The notes beneath the pieces are model-generated. The model ran no database searches, was not told the origin of the DNA, and saw only the letters and a list, made by a program, of their open reading frames with translations. From Vicugna vicugna (lineage: Eukaryota), in contig MU058059.1 of NCBI GenBank assembly GCA_013265495.1, positions 2,767,502 to 2,831,501 of the forward strand: 64,000 nt of DNA, read 5' to 3'. The position numbers were made by a program, and so were the translations under genes. The stretch's first letter is position 1; each line of letters opens with the position of its first letter. Of the stretch, positions 53,431 to 64,000 are shown one piece after another.

Positions 53431-56400
53431 GTGTCTTTTTGCCGGTTTCCCTACCTCGTTCTCTCTCTGCCGTTTCGCAAAAAGACTTCATCTCGACACA
53501 TTCGAAATGAGGGAACAGCTGAAACTCAAAAAGTGAACGTTCTTATTAATTCCCCTTCTTTGCAGTGCCTTCCACACGGCTGAGCATTTCGTCCTCCTGG
53601 GGAAGAAATACTCGTAGCACATGAAATGCCAGAGTTTCAAATTATATATTTTATAAATAGCTTAATCACCTAATATTTATCAAAGGCGGGAATTTGAGCT
53701 TGACATCCAGAATATTGCGTTTAATTACAGTGGCCGTATCTGGGGAAAGGATTAAAGAGGTGGAAGTGAAATTATTAGAGTGTTTCATGAAATCTCCTTT
53801 TTGTGTGGAGCTGTTGAAATGCCAACCACTGTGACTCGGAGAGCAGAGCAGCTTAAAGAAGGGAGCTTTTCCATTAGGTTTTTGTGCTTCTCTGTTAGTG
53901 GAGGAAGGATCTGAAGGGAACATAGGACTAATCCCAGTCGGGGAGGATGGCTGGGAGGGGGAGGGGTGCGATGATGAGCTTGGAAAGTCTGCGTCCTGGG
54001 TCCAGTGCACGGCCGCAGTGGCGTTACAATTTTAAATAGAATAAAGGGGCTGAAGAGAGAGTCGAGATTCAAGCTAAATGAGGAGGCAGCAATGGTCCCC
54101 GGTCATTTCAGCAGTGCCCAGGCTGGGTAAAGACAGTGACCCGTGATGGCCGCCTCCTGGGACACGTCCCAGCCCTACTCAGCACAGGTCACCCTCCTGT
54201 GGCATCTGTTCCCCGCATCCAAGCCTCATGCTTAATGAGCTGTCCTGGTTCCAAGAAGCCCAGTGCTGCCTGAGGAGTGTGGTAAACGGGCCAGGTGCAG
54301 ACACTCAAAACCATTAGCAGTTACCATGCTGGCTTCTGTGCCCAAGGATCGTGCCCCCACCTCCCCCGCAAACTGCTGCTCCTGGCCCGGCCCTGCCCTG
54401 CCCTAGGGAAGCCCGTGCAGACCCTAATTCTAGTCAGCCCAGCTAATTCAGGTGAAGCAACTTCAAACAAATGCGCTTGGCCATGTAAGTCTCCTCGTGC
54501 ACGTCACTCGACTGTCCCAAGCCTGGGTTGTGCGAACTAGGGATGATACTGATTTGCTGAGGGGACCCCACGTGACGATACGTGTGAACATGTTTGGGAA
54601 GCGGTGCAGGTGAGAACGGAGGTCTCTGACAGCACAGGTGTCGCCAGGCCCGTGCAGCCAGCAGCCCTCCTGAGGCAGGTGAGTTCCAGCCCTGGATAAG
54701 GGGTGGAGACCCAGGTAGCAGCAGTGTTTACACACGCGGTGCCTTCCCACAGTCCGGATGTCACATGGGTGGGCTGGGAGGCCTGTTCCGTGCCCTGACT
54801 TCGCTAGACCACCCCCTCCCAGAGTCAGAGAATCGTCTCACACTGCGAGACCCACCCTGAATTGGAAAGAGTTCCCCCATCCAGGAATTCTCCGTCGTCT
54901 GGGCTGGGGGCAATTGAGAAAAGGACAGTTGGGCAGGTAAAGGTGGCCTGAGTTTAGAACAGATAAGCAGATTGGCAGAGGATGGAGACAAATGCATAAA
55001 TCAGAGTGCTCTGATTGGGACTTCGGCATTTCAGGCCCTGACTCAGGGACGTGTGTAGCGTCCAAACCTTAATCGGCACCTGAGCAAAGCTGACCTTGAT
55101 TTTTCTTTTAAAGACAAGGCCGCCATTTCCCTCCCACTGCAGCCTGAATTAAGCAGATCATGAGAAAAAGACCCTTCCAGGTCTTTCCTCCAATGACTCT
55201 CGCGGTAGCTTCCGTCACCCACCGGTTTTTATGCGCAGAGTTTGGCTTTTCCCAAAGCCGCAGTGCAGACTATGGGATGAGGTGACGCTACACAAAGCTG
55301 CTGATCGCAGCCCACTTTCCTGTAACAACCTGGGTGTCGCTGCAGTCGTGTGTAATTCTGACAGAGAAATAGGACCCCTGGGTGCCCGGAACCTGAGGGT
55401 CAGCCCCAGCCTGAGGATGAGCTCCGTGGCTGAGAAGTGCCGGAAAGCTCTGACATTTCCTGGGGAAGATGCCCGGTGACTTTGTCACTGCGACTGCCGG
55501 AAGGAGGAGAGAGAATGTCTGGTGGCCAGAGGGAGAATGTCACAGTGCCCTTCCCAGTGGGTTTGAAGCTTCTAGAGTTGGATAAGGGCTCTCGTTTGGT
55601 TGGTTTTGCCTGTAAGTACATTCTGTAGCTTGGTGCTTGTATGTGTGTACGTTGGCTGAGGGAATTAATTCAGGTCTGGGTGGTAAAATCTGGTGCAGTT
55701 TTACTGGGCATAAAAGGCCATCTGAGACCTAAGCACAGAATGTTGTACCAACAGCTGAAAAGAGATGGGTCCTGCCAGTGCCCCTGCGCAGAGTGAAGTG
55801 TGAGTCAGGACGTCCTGGGGTGCACTCTCATGCTGGCTGCTGGGAGGCAGGCCGGAGGGGGTGGGGAGCCCTGACCAGCTGCCCAACTCCGGATCTGCAT
55901 GCTGTGGGCCCTTAGGAAATTCACACATCCTTCCTGAAGCATGACGTTCTCAAGGGAGATCCAGAAGGCCCTACAGATTTATTTCTTCAAACATTTCATT
56001 TTGCGGGGGGGGCTCCAGGGAAAAGCCAGTTGATGGCCAGGAATCAAAATTATTTTAACACAAGGCTGGATGTTTTCATGCTGGGGGCAGCTAGGTTTTT
56101 CTCCTGACCCTCTCAGCCCAGTCTCTCAGTTATCTGCCTCTTCAGCAGGCCTCCAGTCATCATCAAAGGACTGGGTCCCAGGGGGCAGGCCGGGGTGGGA
56201 CAGCCTGAGGTCGGCTCTACTGGGCTGGTCAGATGCACACCGAGTCGCCCGCCCTGAGCCCCTTTGAACCTGATAGAGTTGCTGGAAGACTGGCTGCTTC
56301 AGCAGTCCTCTCACCTTTGCCTCCGCACTTGACTTTTGAAGTTTCCAGGGATCTGTTTTAACAGAGGAACAGCCTTTAGGTGATCAATCTTGCCTAGAGA

Positions 56401-56444
56401 AACGTGCTGTTCCCTGGGAGGCAGTGGGAGCTTTGAGCAGTGTG

Positions 56445-56735
56445 ATGATTTGAGACACATACGCATTGTAGAAGGGTTGCCAGGATGAGGGTAGTGAGCC
56501 TACCCGTCCCTCGCATCATCAGCATAGCGACTCTGTGTGCGCGGTCAGAACGTTTACTGCCTGCTCCCAGCAGCTTTCAGGTACACGACCCCATATCGTT
56601 ACAAGCCACTGTACTGTACGTTAGATCCGCAGAACCTGCTTTTTTTACAACCGAAAGTGTCTACCCTTTAACCAGCATCACCCCCCTTGCCCTCCCCTCG
56701 ACAACCGCAGCGCTAGTCTCCATTTCTATGCAATG
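56445..56735 (-). mobile_element. Old L1MA-type 3' end, antisense
   Basis: gatttgagacacatacgcattgt..ctgtacgttagatccgcagaac..accgaaagtgtctaccctttaaccagcatc..tttctatg pattern. Confidence 0.6.
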
Positions 56736-57974
56736 GGCTTTTTGTGTAATGGAAGCTTTAAAAAATTCTGATCCCTGGCCCACCCCAGAGAGCTTGATCC
56801 CGTTGGTCTCAACCTGGCTTCAGCGCAAAGCGTTACAAGCCCCTCGCGTGATTCTGGTGTGTAGCCAGTCCATAAAGGCTCTCAGCTCACTTGCACCTGA
56901 AATCGCCTGGGCGCTTCCCAGACACGGATGCCCAGGCCAGCCCCAGAAAAGCGGGGCAGACCGAACCCACGTGTTGTGCTGCAGGGCAGGGAGCATGGTT
57001 CAGGAGGTAAACCGGCCTCCCTGTCCTGCCAGGCGGGCTGCAGGGCGGGGCCAAGCCCACCCCCCAGCCTCCTGCTCCATCCCTCCTGCTCCACGTAGGA
57101 ACAGAGGGTGGAGACCTCAGGTGGGGAGTCAGAGAGACTCCTTCAGGTCCCAGAGCTGTGCCCCCACCAGCTGTGCGGCCCGCTGCTGGGACCCTGGTGG
57201 CATCTGCTTCAGGGGCCCAGCCCTGAAGGCTCAGGCCGCCTCACTGATACAGGCACTGCCCAGACCCTCAGGGAAGCTGCCCACAGCCGCCGCTGGCACT
57301 GTGGCCTCATGACGCCTCCCCGGGAAAGCAGGGGCTTTCAAAGCGTGCCCTTGCCTTGTGCCCTTCAGACTTCCCGTTCTTCCTCTTTGTGGGAATAGAA
57401 GTTGGGTCTGGAGTGAAGCTGGAGTCAGGAGTTTTGGAGAGGAGTCGCCCTGGTTACGGTCAAGCTCAAAGATGAGCCCCTGCTCCTGGCACCAGCTCAT
57501 GTCACCCAGATCTGGGAACCCGGGACAGGGCGTAAACGGGCTTTTTCACCTGAAGCACAGAGAAGGCTCGTGCGGCCAAATTACACTGCTCAAAAGCCAG
57601 TGAGCGGGAGGGGAACCGCAGAAGGCGGCCCTGGACCCTCGACCAAATTGATCAGGTTCCAGTGGATTTCAGGCATTTCCCCAGGTGCTTGGGGCAGGGG
57701 GTGTGGCCATTCTTGGTCTTTCTTCTCGGTACCCTTATTTTCCTGGTTCAGAAACCAGTCATCACAGAGCCTATGGGGACTGGCAACTTGCTTAGGAGGC
57801 ATAAGACGTGAGCGAGAATTCACTTTGAAAACTGTAGTCCGGCCTGCGACAAGGCTCCCTGCCTGACTCCCACCACAGCCGCTCCTTGCAGGGAACCCAA
57901 AACCCCTTCCCATGCCCTCACCTGCCCTGTGACCTGAGGCTGGCAGCCATGTGGCCCTCAAAGTACATTTTAAT

Positions 57975-58118
57975 TTATTTTTTTATATTTATTTTGGTGG
58001 GGGGAGGTAATTAGGTTTATTTATTTATTTTAATGGAGGTGCTGGGGATTGAACTCAGGACCCTGTGTTTGCTTAGCACGCACTCCACCCTGAGCTTTGA
58101 GCTATACCCTCCCCCTCC
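57975..58118 (-). mobile_element. tRNA-Ala-derived SINE, antisense, with TSD
   Basis: ggaggtaattaggtttatttatttatt..ggggattgaactcaggacc..gagctataccctcccc; TSD aagtacattttaat (57961-57974) / aagtgcattttaat (58119-58132). Confidence 0.9.
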
Positions 58119-60149
58119 AAGTGCATTTTAATGCACTAAAAAGTTAGTTCATAGTCGGCACTGGAATGAATTGCAGTTAGGTTTGTACAGAATCATAGTT
58201 CTGCGATAAAGGATTGGACCTCTTAGGGAGGGGAAGTGAAACGTCAGTGTGATCCCCCAAAACAGACCTGGCTGGAGCACTCCACAGCCAGCGTGGCCTG
58301 ACAGTGTCAGAATTTCAAAATTCAAATGACTTCTTTGAAATAGTCTGAAAATAAAAGTATCAGAGCCTGAAGTAATGAACCCTGGGATGTGAATCAGAAA
58401 GTTTTCATGCCACTATTTCCAGTTCTGGGCCTGTGCCCGGGAGTGGCTTCGCTGGGGCGTGGGCCAGCACCAGGCGGTTTTCCTAGGGGCTGTGCCATCT
58501 TGCAGCCCCAGCAGCAGTGGGAGGGCTCCAGCGTCTCACAGCCTTCCCGAGACTTGTCTTTATGTTTTAGCCGTCATGGGAGGAGGTACCACCATTGATG
58601 TTTAATTTTGTGGCACTTCAGTGTATTGAAGTCACCCATCTCCTTTCTGTCTTTACCTCTGGATTGTACCACCTGAGGGCTGAGGCTTTGTCTGGAAATC
58701 CCCAGTCTCTCGCCTTAAATATTTATCAGGTGGAATCAGACGCTAATACACCCATGTTTTGTCATCATTTACTTGCACCACCAACATTTGAGCCCCAGCT
58801 GCATGCTGGGCTCTTTGCTAAAGACCGAGGGGACAGACCATGGCTTCAAATAAGTAGGTTGGCCTAGTGGGGCATTTAGAGAACAAAATGTAGGTGAAGA
58901 AAGAAAATTGCAATGACTAATTAGGCACATGTCCAAAAACGGCAATTTATTTTTAATTAATTTGGTGAACTCCCAAATAAGAGACCCATTCCCTCAGTTG
59001 TGGCCATTGTATTGGTGATGAGACAGCGGTGTGACCTGCATGGCTGGTGAAAACTGACCTCCCCTCTGGGGGGGTGGGGCCTCTGGTTGCTGAGGGGCTG
59101 GGCTGCTGCCTCGTGGAAGATGGAGGCGTCCCCAGCCTGGGTCCCTCCACCTGGTTCAGAGGCCACACCCCGGCGAGTGTCCAGCAGCTCACGGCATAAA
59201 CACAGGTGTGGGATGCCCTCCTCTCCCACCTGAGACCCCACCTGGGCCAGGACCTCACGCTGGGGTGCTCAGGCTGCAGTCCCTGACTGGAGGAGGCTTT
59301 CCCCAAGAGAAATGGGTCCACGGCCCGATTAAGAACTGCCGTGTGGCCCCCTCTGTGCGTTTCCTTTTCCTGTCGCTCCACCTGAAGTGCCTGCTCCATC
59401 TCCGGTCAGGATGACCACATACTTTATCATTCACACTGGGAGGCTTTGAGAGTGAAGTGATCTGACTACGGATTCTGCCGAGACAACAGGTGGAAATCGG
59501 GACTGTCCCGGACAAACCAAGGCACACAGCCCTCTGCCCCAACCCCCTCCTCAGTGTCTCCTACTCCTGACCACCCCTGCACACCTTCCCTAAGAGGCTC
59601 CGCACCCTCCTCCAGTATCCACATGGGGACTGTTTGTGGGCTCCACTCAGCTCTGCCCGTGAGTGTCATCAGGTCCCTGCCCCTCCTCTCTGTTGGACCA
59701 TGGCCTTCTCCAAGTCAGGGACCAGGTCCAGGTGCTTGGTACTTAAGAGATGCTGAGTAAACTCGGGTAAGAGGGAGGAAGTCCCGCTGAATGAAAATCA
59801 GGGAGAGCTGGGCCAGGAGAGAGACCACGTTTATTCGCTGAGCAGATCACAGAGACAACCCCTCCTTCCACGTGGAGGGTTATCGGTCCTTCCACGTGTC
59901 TGGAACGTCCGTCCCAGAACCTCTCACGAGCATCGATGTCACAGTCCCTGTTCCATCAGGCCTCGTGGGAAACTTCTACAAACGGCGGACACGCTTGCGG
60001 TTCCGAACTGCAACTGTCGGGTTGGTTGCCAGTTAACATCCTTCTCGGTGTGATTTCTTCCTGCGAAAACCCTAATGTGACATCATTGCTTTGGTAGGAA
60101 CAGCACTGAGTCGTCACCAGGCTGACGCTCTGTCCTCTCTGTGTTCCAG

Positions 60150-60203
60150 GACCAGTACAAGTTCTGCTACGAGGTAGCCCTGGAATACTTGAATTCGGGC
60201 TGA
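60150..60203 (+). CDS. PTPRM: PTPRM terminal coding segment: DQYKFCYEVALEYLNSG*
   Basis: ctctctgtgttccag acceptor; in-frame TGA at 60201-60203; C-terminus characteristic of PTP-mu. Confidence 0.96.
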   Translation, partial: DQYKFCYEVALEYLNSG

Positions 60204-61000
60204 CGGCACCCGGAGCCCTGCAGATGCGCCTTTCAGCCCGCGGGGCCAGGACGGCCCGTGGAGTTGGTGCGGACGAGATGAAGGCTTCTCAATGCGCTTC
60301 CTTTGCTTTGCATCCTCGGCTCTTCGAAGAGCCCAAGCGAGCGTTGCTAAAAGCGCTTGCGCTGCCCAGCCCCCAGCAGCGCTGCTGCCTCCAGAGGCCT
60401 CCCCGCATCTCCCCCGTCGCCAAGCTCCAGCGTCCGGGGCGCCGGGTCCCTGGAGCGGCGTGGACAGCTGGCGAACTGAAGAGCACAATTATATTCTTAT
60501 GAAGGAATTTGTACCTTTGGGGTATTATTCTGTGGCCCGTGAACCTTCGTTATTGTTACAGCTGAGTGTACATTTTTGTTCTGTGGAGAATGCTGCCCAG
60601 CATTATGGTAATATATTATTTTAGTTAATATTTGTACTTTAACATGTTGCACCATAGAAGTTTCTGTCGCTTCCCGAGACTAACATAAACACGTCATGAA
60701 CAGAGATAAGTTGTCTGAGTTGTGGTTTCTATCAGATTTGTATTGTTTCCGAGGGAAAAGCTTGGGAGGGAGTTCAGTTCAGAACCGCAGAGGTCGGCTG
60801 TCAGAGTCAGAGATCCGAGGCTCTTCCCTTTGTGTATATTGTAAATATCTTTGAGTTCATCCAAATTATTTATTCATTAAAAGAAATTTTTGTGAAGCAC
60901 AGTGAGTGACAATCATTTTTATTAAGCCCTGGACATGATTTACTGTGTAATGTTCCCTCGTGTGAATTCTCAATAAATAAAGACCCGTGACCAGTCTGGT
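60204..61000 (+). other. PTPRM: PTPRM 3' UTR (end approximate)
   Basis: Follows the stop codon; GC-rich proximal part, AU-rich distal part; ends after the AATAAA signals. Confidence 0.8.
60972..60981 (+). terminator. Polyadenylation signal (overlapping AATAAATAAA); weaker upstream ATTAAA at 60876-60881
   Basis: caataaataaagac followed by GT/T-rich downstream sequence (gtctggtgtcttcc). Confidence 0.8.
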
Positions 61001-62435
61001 GTCTTCCTAGTGTCCACACCCTGGTGGGGACAGCTCGGTCCCTCTGGGCCTTTGGCAGAAAGGTCATACCTGGGATCTGTTGGCCTGGAGCAGGTAGAGC
61101 TGGGATTTTTGAGAGAGAGCGTCTGTCCGTGAGGAACCTAGGCCCATCCTGAGAGCTTCCCGTGGTGCACAAAACAGGGTCCCACCGCCAGTGAGCCCTG
61201 AGCCGGCAGGCAGGCCGGCCCTCACAGGGGGCACGGGGCCGGACACCAGGGCGGTGACTTCCTGACCGGAAGCGGCCTCTGCCTTTCTCTGCCTCATGTC
61301 AGTGGATGGAGGTCATATCTCTCCCTCTCCAGGCCTCACGTAAACCTGAAACTTGCTCTGAGAACACTCTTCAGAGGGTCCCAGGATCGGAGATGCGTTT
61401 AAGCAGGACTCAAAGCTGAACAGGACAATTCCTGCAGGAGGAAAGGATGGCGGCCCGAGGGCAGTGCCTGACCCGGAAGGAGGAGTAGGCTGCGGACTTA
61501 ACTCGGAGTTTAAGCTGAGTTCCAGGCTCTGCAAAGTGATGACCCACGGACGATGGGGATGGACCTTCACCAGACACCAGTTCCGTGCCGCAAACTGCAG
61601 GCCCTTTTCCCGAGGGGCAGTGGACCCCCCCCCCAATGGTGTGATCGGGGACAGTGATGAGCCATCGTCCAGCTGGAGAGACTTGGTTAGAATAGAGTAA
61701 ACAACATGGGTGAAGTCCCCACAGCTGGCTGGTGCCAGGGGTGCCCAGCCCTGTTACAACACTCTGGGCGGGAAGTGCCTCTCCTGCTGAGACAGGAGGT
61801 GGGACCGTCGCCCACACTGGAGGGTGGCAAGGCTTCCTGCCTGCCTGGGGATCCCAGTGACTAAGAACGACCAGCTCACCCAGGGGACCACCCAGGCGAC
61901 CGAGGCTGACGTCTGCATCTGAGGCCTGCACTGCTTCACTCCACCGAGGACGTCATCCCCAGCCCCCAGAGCCTGCTCAGAGAACATAACGTTGATAACC
62001 CTTTGAGCACACATGCCGCCGAGCTCGGGAAAAACCCCACGGCCCAAGATGTCCCTGCAAGAAACCTGCTCCAGCCAGGTCTCCAGCCAAGAGCCCTGTC
62101 CCGCTCCCTGTGTCATCTTATTGTTTTCCCTTCTGTGGTCTGTCCTTCCGTTGATTTCTGTATAGGAATCTTGTATCTTGTCTGTGGTGTCATTTTTGTG
62201 TTATTTCTGTTCTTTAAGTGTCTGGTTAAGCCCTTGTGATGAATATGTTAAACAGATATATTTCGGGGGTTTTTAACCCCAAAAAGGAGGAATGGGACTC
62301 CATACGTGCCTGGAAAGAGCTGAGTGAGTCTGGACTAAGCACCTCACCGCCCAGGCTCCCCCTGGACCGTGGCCTCTCACCATCCCCACCCCATTCTCTT
62401 TGACGAGCTCCTAGAAGATTAAAAAGTGCTCTCTG

Positions 62436-62544
62436 GCGCGGGCCTAGCACACATGAGGTCCTGGGTTCAACCCCTAGTTCCTCCATTAAAAAAAATTAAA
62501 CTAACCTAATTTCCTCCCCCCCCCCAAAGTTTAAGACAACAAAC
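62436..62544 (+). mobile_element. 5'-truncated tRNA-derived SINE with TSD
   Basis: tagcacacatgaggtcctgggttcaacccctag..acctaatttcctcccccc; TSD aaaagtgctctctg (62422-62435) / aaaagcactctctg (62545-62558). Confidence 0.85.
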
Positions 62545-62954
62545 AAAAGCACTCTCTGTGACTTCCCCGGGATACAGCTCTGGGAATGGACACCTGTGGT
62601 GTGCAGGCTGGACGGCGACGGGAGGGGGCGCCCTCAGTGCCCTTGTACGCAGTCGTGGCGGGTGGAGGGTCTTCACTCCCACGGTGAAAAGGGAAGCGGT
62701 TTCCGCAGGGCCTGGACCCGCATGAGATCGTGGGTCTGAGGGTGCCACCCACATCCCAGTACATCCTTGCATCATCAGACCCCAACTCAGTAGTTTCCTC
62801 TAGATTTTTGAATTTCAGATTTTTACCTTTCTTTCACTTGGTTTCAGCTCTCGGCAGAAATAGTGGTAGAAGAGAAGGGACATCTGGTGGCTTTTCCTCA
62901 TCTCTGGGGCCTTGCTGCAGGGTTGAGATTCCCATCACTTTCCGGACACAGCCT

Positions 62955-63475
62955 GATTCTCTGCCCTTTGCTGCTGAGTAACAATCGCCCAAAACTTAAA
63001 TGCTAAAAACACCAGTAAGTATTTATTATCTCATGCAGTTTCTATGGGGGAGAAATCCTAGAGTGGCTTTGCTGGATGGTTCTGGCTCTCATGTCATTCG
63101 TGAAGTGACTGTCAAAATGCTGGGTCAGGGCTGCAGTCAGCTGAGAGCTTGATGAAGGCAGGAGATCCACTTCCAAGGTGGCTCGTGCTCACCTGGCGAG
63201 TCGGTGCTGGTCTGGGCAGGAGGCCTCGGTCCTCTCTTCACGGGCCCCTTCACAGGCTGCCCAGGTGTCTTTGCAGTGTGGTGGCTGGCTTCTCCCAGCG
63301 ACAGGGAGCAAGGCAGAGGTCTCTTGTGACTACGTCTTTCACGATCGGGCCTTGGAAGTCATTCCCACGATATCCTGCTGGTTACACGAGTCAGCCCTGT
63401 TCCGTGCGGGCGGGGATGAGAAGGCACGACCCCAGGCTGTGAGGCTCCTCGAGGCCGTCTGAGGCCGGCCGCCTC
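62955..63475 (-). mobile_element. MLT1-family (ERVL-MaLR) solo LTR
   Basis: ttgctgctgagtaacaa..cccaaaacttaa..tatttattatctcatgcagtttctatggg..gggctgcagtcagctgagagcttga..gatccacttccaaggtggctc: MLT1 hallmarks. Confidence 0.75.
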
Positions 63476-64000
63476 CTGGCCGGCGCCCCTGGCCGGGCGG
63501 GCGGGCTGGTTGGCGCGCGGTCAGTCCTGCGCCTGTTGCCTAGCCCGGCGGCGGAGCTCACTCCTCCCGTGCGCTGACCTCTCCGTGCCGCGATGCACTG
63601 TTGTCCCACCAGCTTCTCCTGCTGACGTGGCCTCTTGTTCCTTTAACTGTGCCTGGAGGAACCTTTATTCGGTTGTGAATAAGCTTATCCCACAGCCTTG
63701 ATTAACCTGAGGCTCTCCCCCTCGGCACCCTGCAGAAATGGCCTCTGGAACTCTCCCCACAGGTGACTCATTCTTCCACATCCCAGACACTCCCTCAGTT
63801 TCAGCCACTGCCCTTCAGACTCCACTTGAGCTAACGGAGGCCACACCCTGCAGCTTGTCACCTTAAGTGCCCTCACCACTGAGATCTTAAACTTGGCCAA
63901 ATTCTGACCGCAGCCTCGTCAATTGCTAGCTTCCTCTTTGCTAGGTTCCTCCTGCCTCTCTTGTTCTTTGAGTGTATGAAGCCTCCAGTGCTTTCTCTGA

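Noticed and set aside
56485..57312. 275-aa ORF on + strand
   Set aside because: Begins in an antisense L1 relic, has no recognisable domain, lies in a PTPRM intron; GC-rich sequence depletes stop codons.
1..64000. CRISPR arrays, operons or prokaryotic defence systems
   Set aside because: This is spliced mammalian DNA with no repeat-spacer arrays or bacterial gene structure.

Overview
This is mammalian genomic DNA, most likely camelid (alpaca/llama/camel), inferred from seven copies of a tRNA-Ala-derived SINE with an AAAT-rich/'CCTAATTACCTCCCCC' tail. The window holds the 3' part of PTPRM (receptor-type protein tyrosine phosphatase mu) on the + strand. Eleven coding exons (17844-60203, all GT-AG, phases consistent, 1442 nt, about 480 aa) encode most of the catalytic D1 domain (WPD loop, [10 protein letters not shown]) and the whole D2 pseudophosphatase domain, ending ...LEYLNSG*. 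The 3' UTR and poly(A) signals follow at about 60.9-61.0 kb. The rest is intron and 3' flank with SINEs, L1/L2/MIR relics, MER DNA transposons and an MLT1 LTR; almost all other ORF-track entries are spurious. I found no evidence of a new multi-gene system. The best leads are (1) a well-formed 14-nt stop-containing microexon or recursive splice site at 7322-7335 within the D1-coding region, (2) patchy extreme GC3/CpG enrichment suggesting GC-biased gene conversion, (3) two convergent strong CTCF motifs, and (4) a twin-primed inverted L1 insertion. Repeat family names come from recalled consensus features, not a database search, and repeat boundaries are approximate.
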